Notes under the pieces: model-generated | What the model saw: the letters and a program-made list of their open reading frames with translations, nothing else | Database searches by the model: none | Told to the model about the DNA's origin: nothing | Origin: Azolla caroliniana | Taxonomy: Eukaryota; Plantae; Polypodiophyta | Length of the DNA: 64,000 nt | Direction of reading: 5' to 3' | Assembly: GCA_043228905.1 (NCBI GenBank) | Contig: JBHGNT010000002.1 | Coordinates: 23,002,001-23,066,000, forward strand | Translations under genes and position numbers: made by a program | Shown here: positions 36,153 to 47,720 of the stretch, one piece after another | How the letters are laid out: the number at the start of each line of letters is the position of its first letter | How positions within the stretch are numbered: the stretch's first letter is position 1

Positions 36153-39100
36153 CCGTCCATTGGAACGACGTCCGATGTACCGTGGCATGCAATAGTGTAG
36201 CCATGTTTGCCAGATACCGGAGCATTCGGCTGTGCCACCGAATTTGTCCTAAGAACTGGCTTAATGTCTTTGCCGTGGTTGGTGTCGATGCCTCCAAAAT
36301 AGCTTTGACCTTGTCCGGATCCATTGCAATACCGTCCTTGCTCACAATGTGGCCATGTAACGCTCCGTTGGACACTCCGAACACGCATTTTGCTAGGTTA
36401 AGGCTTAGCCGGTAAACCCTACATTTCTCTCGACATAGTCGGAGGTGCTGAAGGTGATCCCCTTCCCGGCTATAAACATCGAAGTCGTCCAAGAACACCT
36501 GCATGAATGTCGGAATGAATTCTCCGAAAATCTCCATGATGATCCGCTGGAAGGTTGCCGACGCGATTTTCAGTCCAAACATCATAACTACGGCAACAAA
36601 GACTCCCCATTCGGTGACAAACGGTTTTCTCCTAGTCGTCGGGGTGCATCCGGATCTGATTATAGCCGTTGAAACCATCCAAAAAACTGTACACCTCATG
36701 ACCAGCGACCGCATCCAAGACTCCATCCGTGAATGGAAGTGGGAAGGTGTCCATTACCGTAGCCGCATTCAATTTCCAGTAGTCGACGCAAACTCTTATC
36801 TTACCGTTCTTTTTCGGTACTACGACTATCGGACTAAGCCATGTGGCTTTCTTTACCGGTCGGATGAAGCCAACCCTTAGCAACTTGTCGATTTCTTCTT
36901 TGACTTTTACTGCGTAATTCGGCTTCATCCGGTAACGCCGTTGCGCTACCGGTTTGGTGTCTTTACTCAGATGTATCTGGTGTTGATACAACTGAGGATC
37001 GAGTCCCCGCATGTCCTCATAGGACCAGGCAAACACATCGCGAAATTCTTTTAGGAGTGTGATCATTGTCGTTTTGTTCTCCGCGGTCATTTCCTTGGCG
37101 ATGTGAACCGGTCTTGCGTCCTCTGTGGTACCTAGGTTTACCTCTTCTAGTTGGGATGCTTTTACACTGTCGTGAAGAAAATCGGCTAGAAGCGGAATTG
37201 GCAAAGCAGGGCGCATGAACCCGGCCTACACTTTTCCACACCAATCGATACCCTGTAAATAACTAGGAGTAGGACGGTGGGAGCAAAGAGACTAGAGGTG
37301 ACGCATTGAATGTCTTGGGAATCGAAGAGTATCTTCGTCGGAAAGGACAGAGAATAAATTGATGAAAACGAGGGTGCAACGGCAGGCCTCGACGGCCTAC
37401 AAAAGGGGAAGGAAGAAGGCAAATGGGGCATCGCATTTTGGGGAGCGAGGGAAGCGCTGTGGGACGGGGACTGAGCTCTCTCCTCCATCGTTCGTCATTC
37501 TCTGCAAGATTTTGGGACTGAGTGGCCTCTGCTTCATGGACAGCCCGTGTGCTTCCGGTAGAGGCTCCACAGTGCAGTCGGGTTGTGTGCGTGCGTGAGC
37601 ATCGTGTGTGTACATGTTCGCCTGAGTTGGGTCTGTTGCCGGCTTGACGGTTGTAATCGTTATTGATTTTGTAATTAAGACTTTGTCCTCTCTCTCTTCC
37701 TCCGCTGTGTTTTTGCAAGCTGCTCTCTCTCTCTCTTCTTTCTCACGCTCCTTAGTTCAAGGCCCCTGCGGTCCCGCCTCTTTCCACACACGAAGAGCAT
37801 AACAACTCGACATATCTGGTGAACCCGACGTGAAACAGGCGGCAAAGGAGTGAAGGATGAGGGGATCCGAGCTTGCTGAAGCTATGGCCACAGCCGTCGA
37901 CCGGCTAGTAAGCGCTCACGAGGGAACGGGTGCCCTCGACAAGGCCATTGAGTCGATTGTCGGCACCATAGGTCGATTCGGTGGGAAGAATGCCACGAGC
38001 TACTTGGAGGCCTACCAGGACGAAATGATCATGAGGGATATCTCGGTGGACAAGTGGCTGTCCGGATTCCCTCGGGTGGCGATGCCGAGCATCCATGCAG
38101 AGGTGCTCGAGGTGTGGCCGGATGCCAGACTTGGGAGGAGTTCAAGCTACGGCTCCTCGAGATGTATGGGTTCGATGACTCACTTCAACTGTCGAACCAA
38201 GACTTCATGGCGTGCGTTGAGAGCCCTGGGAAGGGGAGGAACGCGTTGGCGCTCCTCCAGGAGTTCAAGAAACGGTTCGCACGGTTGTGAACGCTGGACC
38301 GGACCGTGCTCGACACAAGCCGGGTACTACTATTCGTCAAGTCGGTGGACGCCATGGACCAAGAGAAGGTGGGTCTCCTATTGGAAACGGATGAAGGGCT
38401 CACGGCAGATTGGGCCATGGTGAGGGTCTGCGGTCGTTTCGACAAGCGTTGCGAGTGGAGCGACGAGGGCTCGTCGGCGGCAAGGCCGATCTCGGCAAGG
38501 GAGCTCGATGAGCCAGTGTCGGTACCGGCTAGGAAGGAAGAAACTCGAAGTTGGCTTGAGACGAGCTCAGCCCCGAGCGGAGTGGTCAAAGGTCCCTCCG
38601 GAGGCGCGGCTCTAGAAGAGTTGTCGCAGATGGTGCGAGATCTCCAAATCGCACAGGCTTGGAGGGACAGCGGCGAACAATCTCGTGAGCGAAGGCCGCC
38701 GGCGGGGCAACGGTGCATGTGGTGCGACACGGTCGGCCACATCCGGAAAGAATGCGCGGATTTCGCCGAGGCACTCAAGACCAGCATGTTGTACCTCTGG
38801 AATGGGCGGGTGCACGCGAGCGAGACCCGAAAAGCCCTAGAGTTGAATACGGGGCGCGGTGGAATGAAGCGGTTGATGGAAGAGGCTATGGCACGACATG
38901 CAGAGGCCGTTAACTACTCGGCGTCGGTGGGAATCCGGGTCGGGGGCGATGAGGCCCGGAAAGTGAAGGACTCTAGATTCTGGCCGCTGGTGCTAGAGGG
39001 TCTCTCCGGAGTACGACTGAAGAAGGATGAGGCAAACCGCGTGGAACAGCGGATCCGGGAGGTCACCAGATGGGACGACCCGGTGGAAGAAAAGACTCGC

Positions 39101-42017
39101 TTCGTGGCAGCCGCGTGCCAGAACTACAAGGTTCTGGTAGAAGACAAGCGCACGGGAAAGGCCGGAGGGGGTGGCCCCTCGCAGCGGTAGGAGACTCGGT
39201 TCGGACCGAAGCCGAATGAGGCCGCCAACGCTGGCGCACTGGAGAAGAAGAAGCAGGCCGGTTTCCGGCTGAGCACCGAAATCAAACGAACAACGAACCT
39301 GCGGAAGGTCCTGGAAGAGAGAATTCTCGACAACAAGGTCGAGTTGTCGTTACGGGAGGTGCTGGGAATCGCCAAGAAGGAGTTCCACGACTCCATCGTG
39401 GACTTGGTGGAGCGGAAGAGGCTCTCGACGGAGCCGGAACTGGAGAGGTAGGTGGAAGTGCGGACGACGCACTTAGAAGACACGGCCCTAGAGGATGAGT
39501 TGGCGGAAAGCCACTATACGAAGCCGCATTGGGCTAGGGACACTACGAAAACCCCTGTCCGGATCGGCGACGTCCAGGAGCCGGTGGTGGCATTAGTAGA
39601 CCACGGTTCGGAGATCAACCTGATGTCCATGGACTATAACAAGGGGAAATGGCTGATCAACACCAAGCACGGGTGGAAGATACGTGCGGCGATGCGCGCT
39701 ACAGAGGAGTTGCTTGGTGTGTGCCTGAACGTACGCGTGAAGATCAGCAACGTCGAGATAGATCAGCATTTCTTCGTGCAGGAGACTTCCTCACACCCGG
39801 TAATTCTCGGCGAACCGTACATTACGGCAGCATGCATGGAGACGAAAGTACTGGACAACGGTTCGGTGTATGCGCGCGTCAAGAGCCAAGACGGTCGGCA
39901 TTCCCTCCAATTCATGACAGTGCGACCCAACTGCGAGCAGAACCGCGAGACCCTCGGCAGCGACAGCCGAGGGGATTTTTAGAGAGGGCTATCAAGGCTT
40001 GGGGCCGCGATAGTCCGGACACCCCAGAAGAACCCCACACATGTATCATAGGTAGGAAATTTTGGCTCTTTGAAAACGGAGGTTGTACGATAACCGGCGT
40101 AGCTGGCCGGGAAAAGAAGCGAGCGGAGGAATGACTTCGGGCATGTGGAATCCTCGGCCCGGAAGAGGAAATCAATGGAGTCGTGGAGGCAGTCTCTTTC
40201 GACGACACCTTGGGGAGGTTACGGGAGGTGCTCGGAGAAGGCCTTAGCGAGGACCGGACGATTCCGGTATGTTTGGAAGAGATGTACAAAGTCATCGCTG
40301 ACTTCGGTAATGGACTCGAGTCGAATCGGACGGCCCGAGTGGATACGAAGTACAAGACTGTGGACCGGAAGGTGAGGCCAGTCGCGGCACCCTTGCTGGA
40401 GGGCAGCGAGTTACGGATAAAAGGGGTCGCGTCGGACCCAAGTTTATGAGATCCGGCCAACATAGGACACACGTTCACCGACATAACACTACGGGAGCTC
40501 AAGATCGGTGGGGGTGGCTTCCTACTACTGGCGGAAGAAGACCGGTTTCGGAGAATGCTCGGAAGGCACGGGAAGGCCTTCGCATTCTCGCCGGAGGAGA
40601 TCGGGTGCGTAGACCCGACGATCGTCGAGCCAATGGTGATCTTCACAGTACCGCATGTGCTGTGGAATCTCAAACCGATTCCAGTGCCCAGAGCTCACAT
40701 CCCGATGTTGATGGAGCTACTGAAGCAGAAGGTGGATATGGGCATCCTCGAACCGTCAAGTGCCCCATACTCGAATTGGTGGTTCACTTTACCAAAGAAG
40801 AACGGCACGTTGCGCTTCATACAGGACCTGCAACCGGTCAACAAGGTGACCATCCGTAACGTAGGGATCAAGCCGACCATAAACGAGTTTGTGGACGCCT
40901 TCGCCGGAAGGTCGATCTATTGGAACGACATATCGTCGTCTGGTGTCGGTATGCGGGCTGGTGGTGTCGGTGGTCTTTCCTCCTCCTCTATCGGTGTTGG
41001 AGGTCTTTCCTGCTCCTCTTTCGGTGTTGGAGGCCTCTCCTCCTCGACTTTCGGTGTCGGAGATCTCTCTTCCTTAACTTCTGGTTCCGGAGTGTGCTCA
41101 ACTTTCAGTGCCGGAGGTTCCAGCCTTGTCAATTCTGGTTCTGGTGTTGGCAAGGTATCTGACTCCTCGTCCTCTGGTTCGTCTGGGGTGTCGTTACTGC
41201 TGCGGTAGTTCGTATGTGCGTTGTATTCCCCTTCCGAACCCGATTCAAAAGCCAAAAATGCTTCGGATTCGCCTTCGCCCACTGCCAATGCCTGGAGAAG
41301 GGTTTCTGCTTCCCGGAGGCTGCTTAGGCTGCTTCCTTCGTCCGGGTAGTCGTTTTGTTGTAAACGAAGTGACTCCTTGGCCAAACTCCGGATCACCTTG
41401 GAAAATGAGCAATCCGCTCTGATTTCATCTGTCGCTTGTTGGAAAGCCTCTCGCTTCCTCAACCGTTCAGCAAGTCTCCTTGCTCGCTCCATAACCGGGT
41501 CATTCGTTGGTCTAGTCATCCATTCCCGCCGTTGTTCGTTGCGATTGTGTAGGAATCGTGGTCGCCAAAAACTGTGTTATTCCTTAAGGCCGGACAATGG
41601 CCTAACACATGGTGTCTACGGAAGACACTTCACCAAAGGGGTGCTATGGCGAGATAACTTAAGACTCAACAATTAATCAGGCTTTACTTGGTTACTTAGC
41701 AATATGGCATTAGACTTGATACACACGTATGATAGAACAATTAGCACAGAACGGTAATCAACACTTAAAGATAAAACAAGAAGCTCTATTAATTATCCGT
41801 CCCCGTTTTACATTGTAACCAGGCCTTTATATAGGTCACCGGTGCTGAGTACAAAACGGTGCCAACCGGCACCTGTTCGGAACCGGTTCGGATCCGGATC
41901 GGCATACCGATTCCGGTCCGTCCATTCACGTTGCATAAACTACTTAATTATAATAGATTCCAAATATACAATCCCTTTCACATTCTAGTCTTTAACTCCT
42001 TTGTCGGTCGGGTAACA
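36153..42017 (-). mobile_element. Element A2: fragmented second copy of family A (RT 36153-37167, gag start 40918-41519, PBS, 5' LTR 41573-42017)
   Basis: The RT and gag N-terminus are homologous to A1 (MTRPTND...), and the LTR is similar to 9828-10248. Interrupted by B1 and B3. Confidence 0.9.
37168..40921 (+). mobile_element. Element B3: 3'-truncated family-B copy (5' LTR 37168-37812, Trp PBS, degenerate gag-PR, RT start)
   Basis: Homologous to B2 with several stops and frameshifts. It ends at a TATT microhomology junction with A2 gag. Confidence 0.9.
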
Positions 42018-43159
42018 GACTCGTTCCGACTCGAATGTCGGAAGTCCGATGATGACTCCCTTGGTTTGCATCGCTTGTAGCCGTTGGAGGTTTATGTGGC
42101 CGATTCTCTTGTGCCACAACTCGATGCTTGTCTCGGTTTTGAGACCTTTGGCATACATTGCCGATTTTACCTTGTTTGAATCGAGAATGAATATTCGGTC
42201 GTCTCTCCGCCCCTTCGCTATGAGTCGGCCATCTTTGCAACCTTCTTTGTTGAAGCGAACTTCCATTCCTTGCTCCACGATTTGGCCTACCGAGACCAAA
42301 TTCTTCGTTATCATGGGCACATGCAAGACATTCTTGATGCAATTGTTCTTGCCATCGTTGCCGAATGGAATGTTGTCGATGTGCCGAATGGGATGCGTGG
42401 TGTTGTCTCCCGTCTCTATGTAGCCGGGTCGATCCGGTGTATGCAAGTTATTGAACCACTCTTCGTGAGATGTCATGTGATGTGAGGCGCCGGAGTCGAA
42501 GAACCACACGTCTTCCGAGTTGGAGGTGCTTGCGGAGTCGTAGGCCTTCATAGAGTTCGCTCTATGCCTCATTATGAATAGTCTGCCACGATCACCGTAG
42601 TCAGAATTCGTGGCGTAATTTGTAAACATTTCACTACGATCGTCGTAGTCGGAATTCGACGCGTGATTCGTGAACATTCCGCTACAGTTGTCGTGGTCGG
42701 AGTTCGATGCGTAGTTTGTGAGGTGTGGACTTGTTGAAGCCGACTCACTTCTCTTTTTTTGACACTCTACCTCGTAGTGGCCGATTTTGCCGCAATAATT
42801 GCAAGTTGCGGGCCTCGTTTGTAGACCATGTTCGGCGTGGAAGCTCCCCCTTCTTCCGAATGTTCCTCGATGGCTTCCGTGAAGCTATGCGTTCCCTTCG
42901 TGTGATGGGTCGAATTGACCTCTTCTACCGCCGTGACCTACTCCTCGGCCACCATCCGAATTCAAGAAGAACATTTGTCCTTCTGACGTCTTGCTTTTGG
43001 TTCGGATGTGGTTCTCTTCGACTAATAGCATTGATTGGAGGTCGAAGAATGAAGGAGGGTTTTCTCTCGCCAAGATTGCCATCCGTAATGGATCGAATCA
43101 ATGCACCCCCCCACCCACCAAAAACCCAATGTAATTTTCCCTAATGATAATTACATGTT

Positions 43160-43206
<47 letters not shown>

Positions 43207-43469
43207 AAAGCTCTCTGTAAGTTCACTCCGTCCATCGTTTTCTACGTTCTATAGCTCGTTGGAAAGCTCTTTGAGAGAGCTTTCTAAAGAATGTTCATTT
43301 ACTGAATTCCGTTACCGTGGCGAGAAGTTATGAGCATTTTCATCCGCAGCCATCTTTGCCCCACGGTTCCTCAAACGGAAGGTAGATTTTGAAGCCCTAA
43401 ATCGAGTGAAAGGTACATTCTCTCTCCTTCCCTCTTTGTCTCTCTTTTCCCGTACGGTTTGTCCCTACA

Positions 43470-44339
43470 ATGGCAAATACTCGTAAAACCGCCGCAAAGT
43501 TTGGGGGTATGATTGATAATGAGCCGAGATCACCAACAAATCTCGATTCTAATGCAATGGACAAAATGCTTATGAGTCACTTGATTTCTCTTCAAGAAAC
43601 CATAAACAAGCAAGGTGAAGAGATTAGGATGTTAATGAAAGAGAATACTAAGCTCCAAAGTGTTGTCATTGAGAATGAAAGTCTTAAACAAGTGGTTGCA
43701 AAACTTCAAGAAGAGATTCAAGAATGTAAAAGAGCTTCATTTGAAACAAATGAGCGCCTTAACAAGATTGAGTTAAAGGAAGCATTAAAAGAAGAAAAAT
43801 TGGATACAATGAGGCGGGATGTAAGTGAGATGAAAAATGTATGTACAACGAAGTCATGGGCCGATGTATGTGGTGGGGATGTGTTATCAAACTCATCTAA
43901 TATGCATGTGATGCATCAAGAGAAGAATATAGAAAGCATAGATGTCCGAGAATTGAAAGAACGCGAACGACGATCAAAGAACATTGTCGTCCGTGGGATT
44001 AAAGAAGAGAGTATGGAAACACCCGCATCCCTTGGAAAGGCCATTGGTGAATTTTTTAGCATGCATTATGGGATGTCAGATGTGAATGTATATGGGGCAC
44101 ACCGAGTTGGGAAACATGGTGTTACTCGCTCCGGAGAAAGGCCTATTGTATGCACAATGACAGATGATACAAAGCGGCGGATCATACTCGAAAATAGTTG
44201 GGTATACCTCAAAGGTACACAATGCTTTGTGAGTGAAGATCGTACTATCTCACAACAAAATGCTCGTCGTAAAGCATATGAAGAAAGATTGAAAAACAAG
44301 GTTAAGGATGTGCCTAAAGATGGAAATGTAGGCAAATAG
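43470..44339 (+). CDS. LINE ORF1 protein (289 aa, coiled coil plus RRM-like region)
   Basis: Intact ORF with heptad region followed by RSKNIVVRGIKE...AHRVG...RPIVC...VSEDRT, typical of LINE ORF1. Confidence 0.88.
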   Translation: MANTRKTAAKFGGMIDNEPRSPTNLDSNAMDKMLMSHLISLQETINKQGEEIRMLMKENTKLQSVVIENESLKQVVAKLQEEIQECKRASFETNERLNKIELKEALKEEKLDTMRRDVSEMKNVCTTKSWADVCGGDVLSNSSNMHVMHQEKNIESIDVRELKERERRSKNIVVRGIKEESMETPASLGKAIGEFFSMHYGMSDVNVYGAHRVGKHGVTRSGERPIVCTMTDDTKRRIILENSWVYLKGTQCFVSEDRTISQQNARRKAYEERLKNKVKDVPKDGNVGK

Positions 44340-44345
44340 GGACAC

Positions 44346-47300
44346 GTGATCTATGAGACTAACCCACGCCTTTTACGACTATGCTTTTGGAATTGCAATG
44401 GATACCCATGGAATGCGGGATTTGGCATAGAGGAGTTCACCAATGACTCGGATATCACACTTCTTGTTGAAACATGGGAGCATGATACTCAAAGGATTCA
44501 AGGTTTAGGAAACTATAATGTACACTCTTTGATATGGAAGAAAAATCCAAGACAAAGAAGAGGACAAGGAGGGGTGGCATGTTTGATTAAGAAGGAAACA
44601 GAGAAATATGTGTCAATCATAAAAAATGATGAAAATAAATGCTACATATGGCTCAAAATAGAAACACCTAATGATTTGCCCACTTTTGTTGTTGGATGTT
44701 ACATTCCTCATCAAGATTCTAACTTTTATGCTTGTTTGGATAAAGATCAACCGTTTGCCAATCTAGAAGATGATATTGCTTATTTCAAATCCAAAGGGGA
44801 AGTTATTGTCTTTGGTGACATGAATGCTCGTACAAGAAGTTTCCAACTTGATTCACAAGAATCTTTCATGCCACATATCTCAAGGATGCAAGAGGATATG
44901 CAAATGTATAACCGCTCTTCTAGCGATGAAAAAGATCCGGACCAATTTGGGAAGTTACTCCTACAAATGTGCAATAGTACCGGATTGCTTATTGCAAATG
45001 GTATTTCCTTATGGCCCAACACTAATGGTTTTACATGTAGAAAATACAACGGAAATAGTGTGATTGATTATGTGCTACTTTCCGAAGGTATTTTGGATCG
45101 TATACATAAATTCTCACTTGGTGAATGGACACCGGAATCAGATCATAGGCCTTTATGTATTGATCTCAAATGTATGCATAGGTTTGATTGTGAGAAGGCT
45201 ATTGAAGATAATAAACAACCGCACTTGAGCATGAACCTTAAGCGAGCACCCATGTATTCCAAGATGGTTGAGGATATGTTACAAATGACAAAGATACAAC
45301 ATGGTGCCACTCTAGAATGCAAATGGGAAGCTTTCAAGAAAGTCATTCTCTCATGTACAAACAAATGTTTTTCGACCAACCGCACATCTTGGAAATGCAC
45401 CAAGAAACTTAGGAAAAAATGGTTTGATAAAGAATGTCGTGAAGCTCGAAAGTGCCTTATGGTTTTGGATGTAGTTAAGGATAAAGAGAATTACCAAAAG
45501 CATTTGCATGAGTATAAAAGGCTTATTCAAAGAAAGAGAAGAATATGGGAAGTTACTCAACAATTTATCCAAACGCAAGAGAAAGCACATGCATGTGCTA
45601 AATTTTGGGGAAATCTAAAGGGAAAACGTGTTGAGAGTTATGGTGACTTAACTCTTCACGACTTGTCTATGCATTGTAAGAATTTATATGAGTTATCTCT
45701 TGCCGGAAAGATGATGTGTTATGGTTCTCTTTCACATATGCCTTCCTTCTTTACAATTGAAGATATATGCATAGGACTTAAGAAATTGGCCTCTCGAAAG
45801 GCAAGCGATCTTCAATGTATAAAGGCTGAAATGCTCAAATGGACGGGAAAGGAAGCACATATATGGATAAGCGATATGTTTAATGATGCATTGCAACATG
45901 GTATGCCGTACGATTGGACTACAAATTGGATCAAACCTTTACATAAAGGTGGAGATATAAATAATGTAAACAACTATCGAACCATCATGGTTGGCTCATT
46001 AATGGCAAAACTATTTGGATGTATAATGGAATCAAAGATAAGTGTATGGGCTGAAAAAAGTGGTAAGAGAGCTTATGGACAAGCTGGCTTTCGGAAACAC
46101 CATAGCACCATTGATCACCTTATCACCCTTCGAGTATTAATGGAGGAAAGTCGCCTTAGAGGTAAAGGTTTATATTGTTGCTTTGTAGACTTCAAGAAAG
46201 CTTTTGATATGGTACCTCGTGAGCATCTTTGGAGGCGAATGGAAGAACTTGAGGTGCCAAGTGAATATATGCTTGCAATTTCCCGAATTTATGAGAAGGT
46301 TATATGTTGTGTGCGCATGAGAGATAAACTTTCAGATTTTTTCAAAAGCACTATTGGTGTTAAGCAAGGATGCCCACTCTCACCAACACTATTTGGTCTA
46401 TGCATTGATGAATTGGAAGAAATGGTTACCAAGTTTGCAAAGGAAGAATGTGTTGAAGAAGTTGCCATTGGGAATGTTGTGATTATGCTTTTGCTATATG
46501 CAGATGACGTAGTGCTTTTTGCAAATACTTTAGGAGATGCACAAAAGCTTATGAAGGCATTGGAAAAATTTTGCATGCATACTAAATTAAGTGTCAATAG
46601 CTCTAAAACAAAGATTATGCTTGTGAAGAGCCAAAAAAGAGATAAACCATGCATTATGTACAACAATGAGCCACTTGAATGTGTGGAAAGCTTCAAATAT
46701 CTTGGCCTTGAAGTTCCTTCAAATCATAGATGGAATGAATGTGCTACACGCCGCTTAGAGGCGGGCAAACGAGCATACTATGCATTTGAGAACACATGCA
46801 ATCTTGGAGATATTAAGTGTTGGGTCCTCAAGAAATATCTTTTTGACACTTTGGTGACACCAGTTCTTCTCTATGGGGTGGAAGTATGGGGCGGTAGCAT
46901 CCCTAAGTCTATGTGGAAAGAGTTTGAAAATGTCCAAAAGCATTTTCTTACCAAGTTTCTACAAGTTAAGAAACAAACGCCCTACACCCTCCTCCTCCTT
47001 GAGACAGGATCACTTCCCATTGAGATCATGGCCATGGAAAGGGTTGTTGAATACATGCTTAAGGTTCAAAAAAGTCCCTCACATCGACTTCCTAGAATTG
47101 CGTGGGAAGCAAGCAAAAAGATCCAAAAGACGCATAAAAGCAAAATTTTGTGTTCCGGTTGGATGCAAGATACAGAAAAATGGTTTGGTAGATGGGATGC
47201 GAGACACTTGCTTCATGATGCATCATTAGATTCCTCTGTAAATGAGGCATTTTTGCAACGCCAATGTATCATGACATGGGACAAATGTGGAGGCTCACGC

Positions 47301-47720
47301 TTCACACATTATACTACACATGTTGCACCTAACTACAAAACCATATTCTTTGCGGAACGGGGAAATCGTACACATCCATACATGTTAGAGCCCATACCGT
47401 TATCTGCCATTCGAACCATTGCTTCCATGCGACTTAGCTCACATGCATTGCGATGTGAAACAGGGCGTTGGGGTACAAGTGATGAGAGTGGTCGGCTATG
47501 CACACTTTGCCCTAAACAAGTTCGAGAGTCTGAGTATCACACTTTGATACAATGCTCTGCCTTTGACCATATTCGACCATGCTTTCCACATCTCTTCGAT
47601 CGAGCCCAATCTTTGCATGAATTCCTCTCACAACCACAATGTGCACTCTCGATTGCAACATTCATTGGTAAAGTTCTTGAACATCGAGAGTCACTACTCA
47701 CTTTCACACGTATCACGTGA
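44346..47720 (+). CDS. LINE ORF2 (1124 aa): AP endonuclease, reverse transcriptase, C-terminal zinc finger
   Basis: Motifs WNCNG, GDMNAR, SDHRP, QAGFR, FVDFKKAFD, GVKQGCPLSP, YADD and CTLC...ESEYHTLIQC. No stops. The start codon is uncertain. Confidence 0.95.
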   Translation: MIYETNPRLLRLCFWNCNGYPWNAGFGIEEFTNDSDITLLVETWEHDTQRIQGLGNYNVHSLIWKKNPRQRRGQGGVACLIKKETEKYVSIIKNDENKCYIWLKIETPNDLPTFVVGCYIPHQDSNFYACLDKDQPFANLEDDIAYFKSKGEVIVFGDMNARTRSFQLDSQESFMPHISRMQEDMQMYNRSSSDEKDPDQFGKLLLQMCNSTGLLIANGISLWPNTNGFTCRKYNGNSVIDYVLLSEGILDRIHKFSLGEWTPESDHRPLCIDLKCMHRFDCEKAIEDNKQPHLSMNLKRAPMYSKMVEDMLQMTKIQHGATLECKWEAFKKVILSCTNKCFSTNRTSWKCTKKLRKKWFDKECREARKCLMVLDVVKDKENYQKHLHEYKRLIQRKRRIWEVTQQFIQTQEKAHACAKFWGNLKGKRVESYGDLTLHDLSMHCKNLYELSLAGKMMCYGSLSHMPSFFTIEDICIGLKKLASRKASDLQCIKAEMLKWTGKEAHIWISDMFNDALQHGMPYDWTTNWIKPLHKGGDINNVNNYRTIMVGSLMAKLFGCIMESKISVWAEKSGKRAYGQAGFRKHHSTIDHLITLRVLMEESRLRGKGLYCCFVDFKKAFDMVPREHLWRRMEELEVPSEYMLAISRIYEKVICCVRMRDKLSDFFKSTIGVKQGCPLSPTLFGLCIDELEEMVTKFAKEECVEEVAIGNVVIMLLLYADDVVLFANTLGDAQKLMKALEKFCMHTKLSVNSSKTKIMLVKSQKRDKPCIMYNNEPLECVESFKYLGLEVPSNHRWNECATRRLEAGKRAYYAFENTCNLGDIKCWVLKKYLFDTLVTPVLLYGVEVWGGSIPKSMWKEFENVQKHFLTKFLQVKKQTPYTLLLLETGSLPIEIMAMERVVEYMLKVQKSPSHRLPRIAWEASKKIQKTHKSKILCSGWMQDTEKWFGRWDARHLLHDASLDSSVNEAFLQRQCIMTWDKCGGSRFTHYTTHVAPNYKTIFFAERGNRTHPYMLEPIPLSAIRTIASMRLSSHALRCETGRWGTSDESGRLCTLCPKQVRESEYHTLIQCSAFDHIRPCFPHLFDRAQSLHEFLSQPQCALSIATFIGKVLEHRESLLTFTRIT

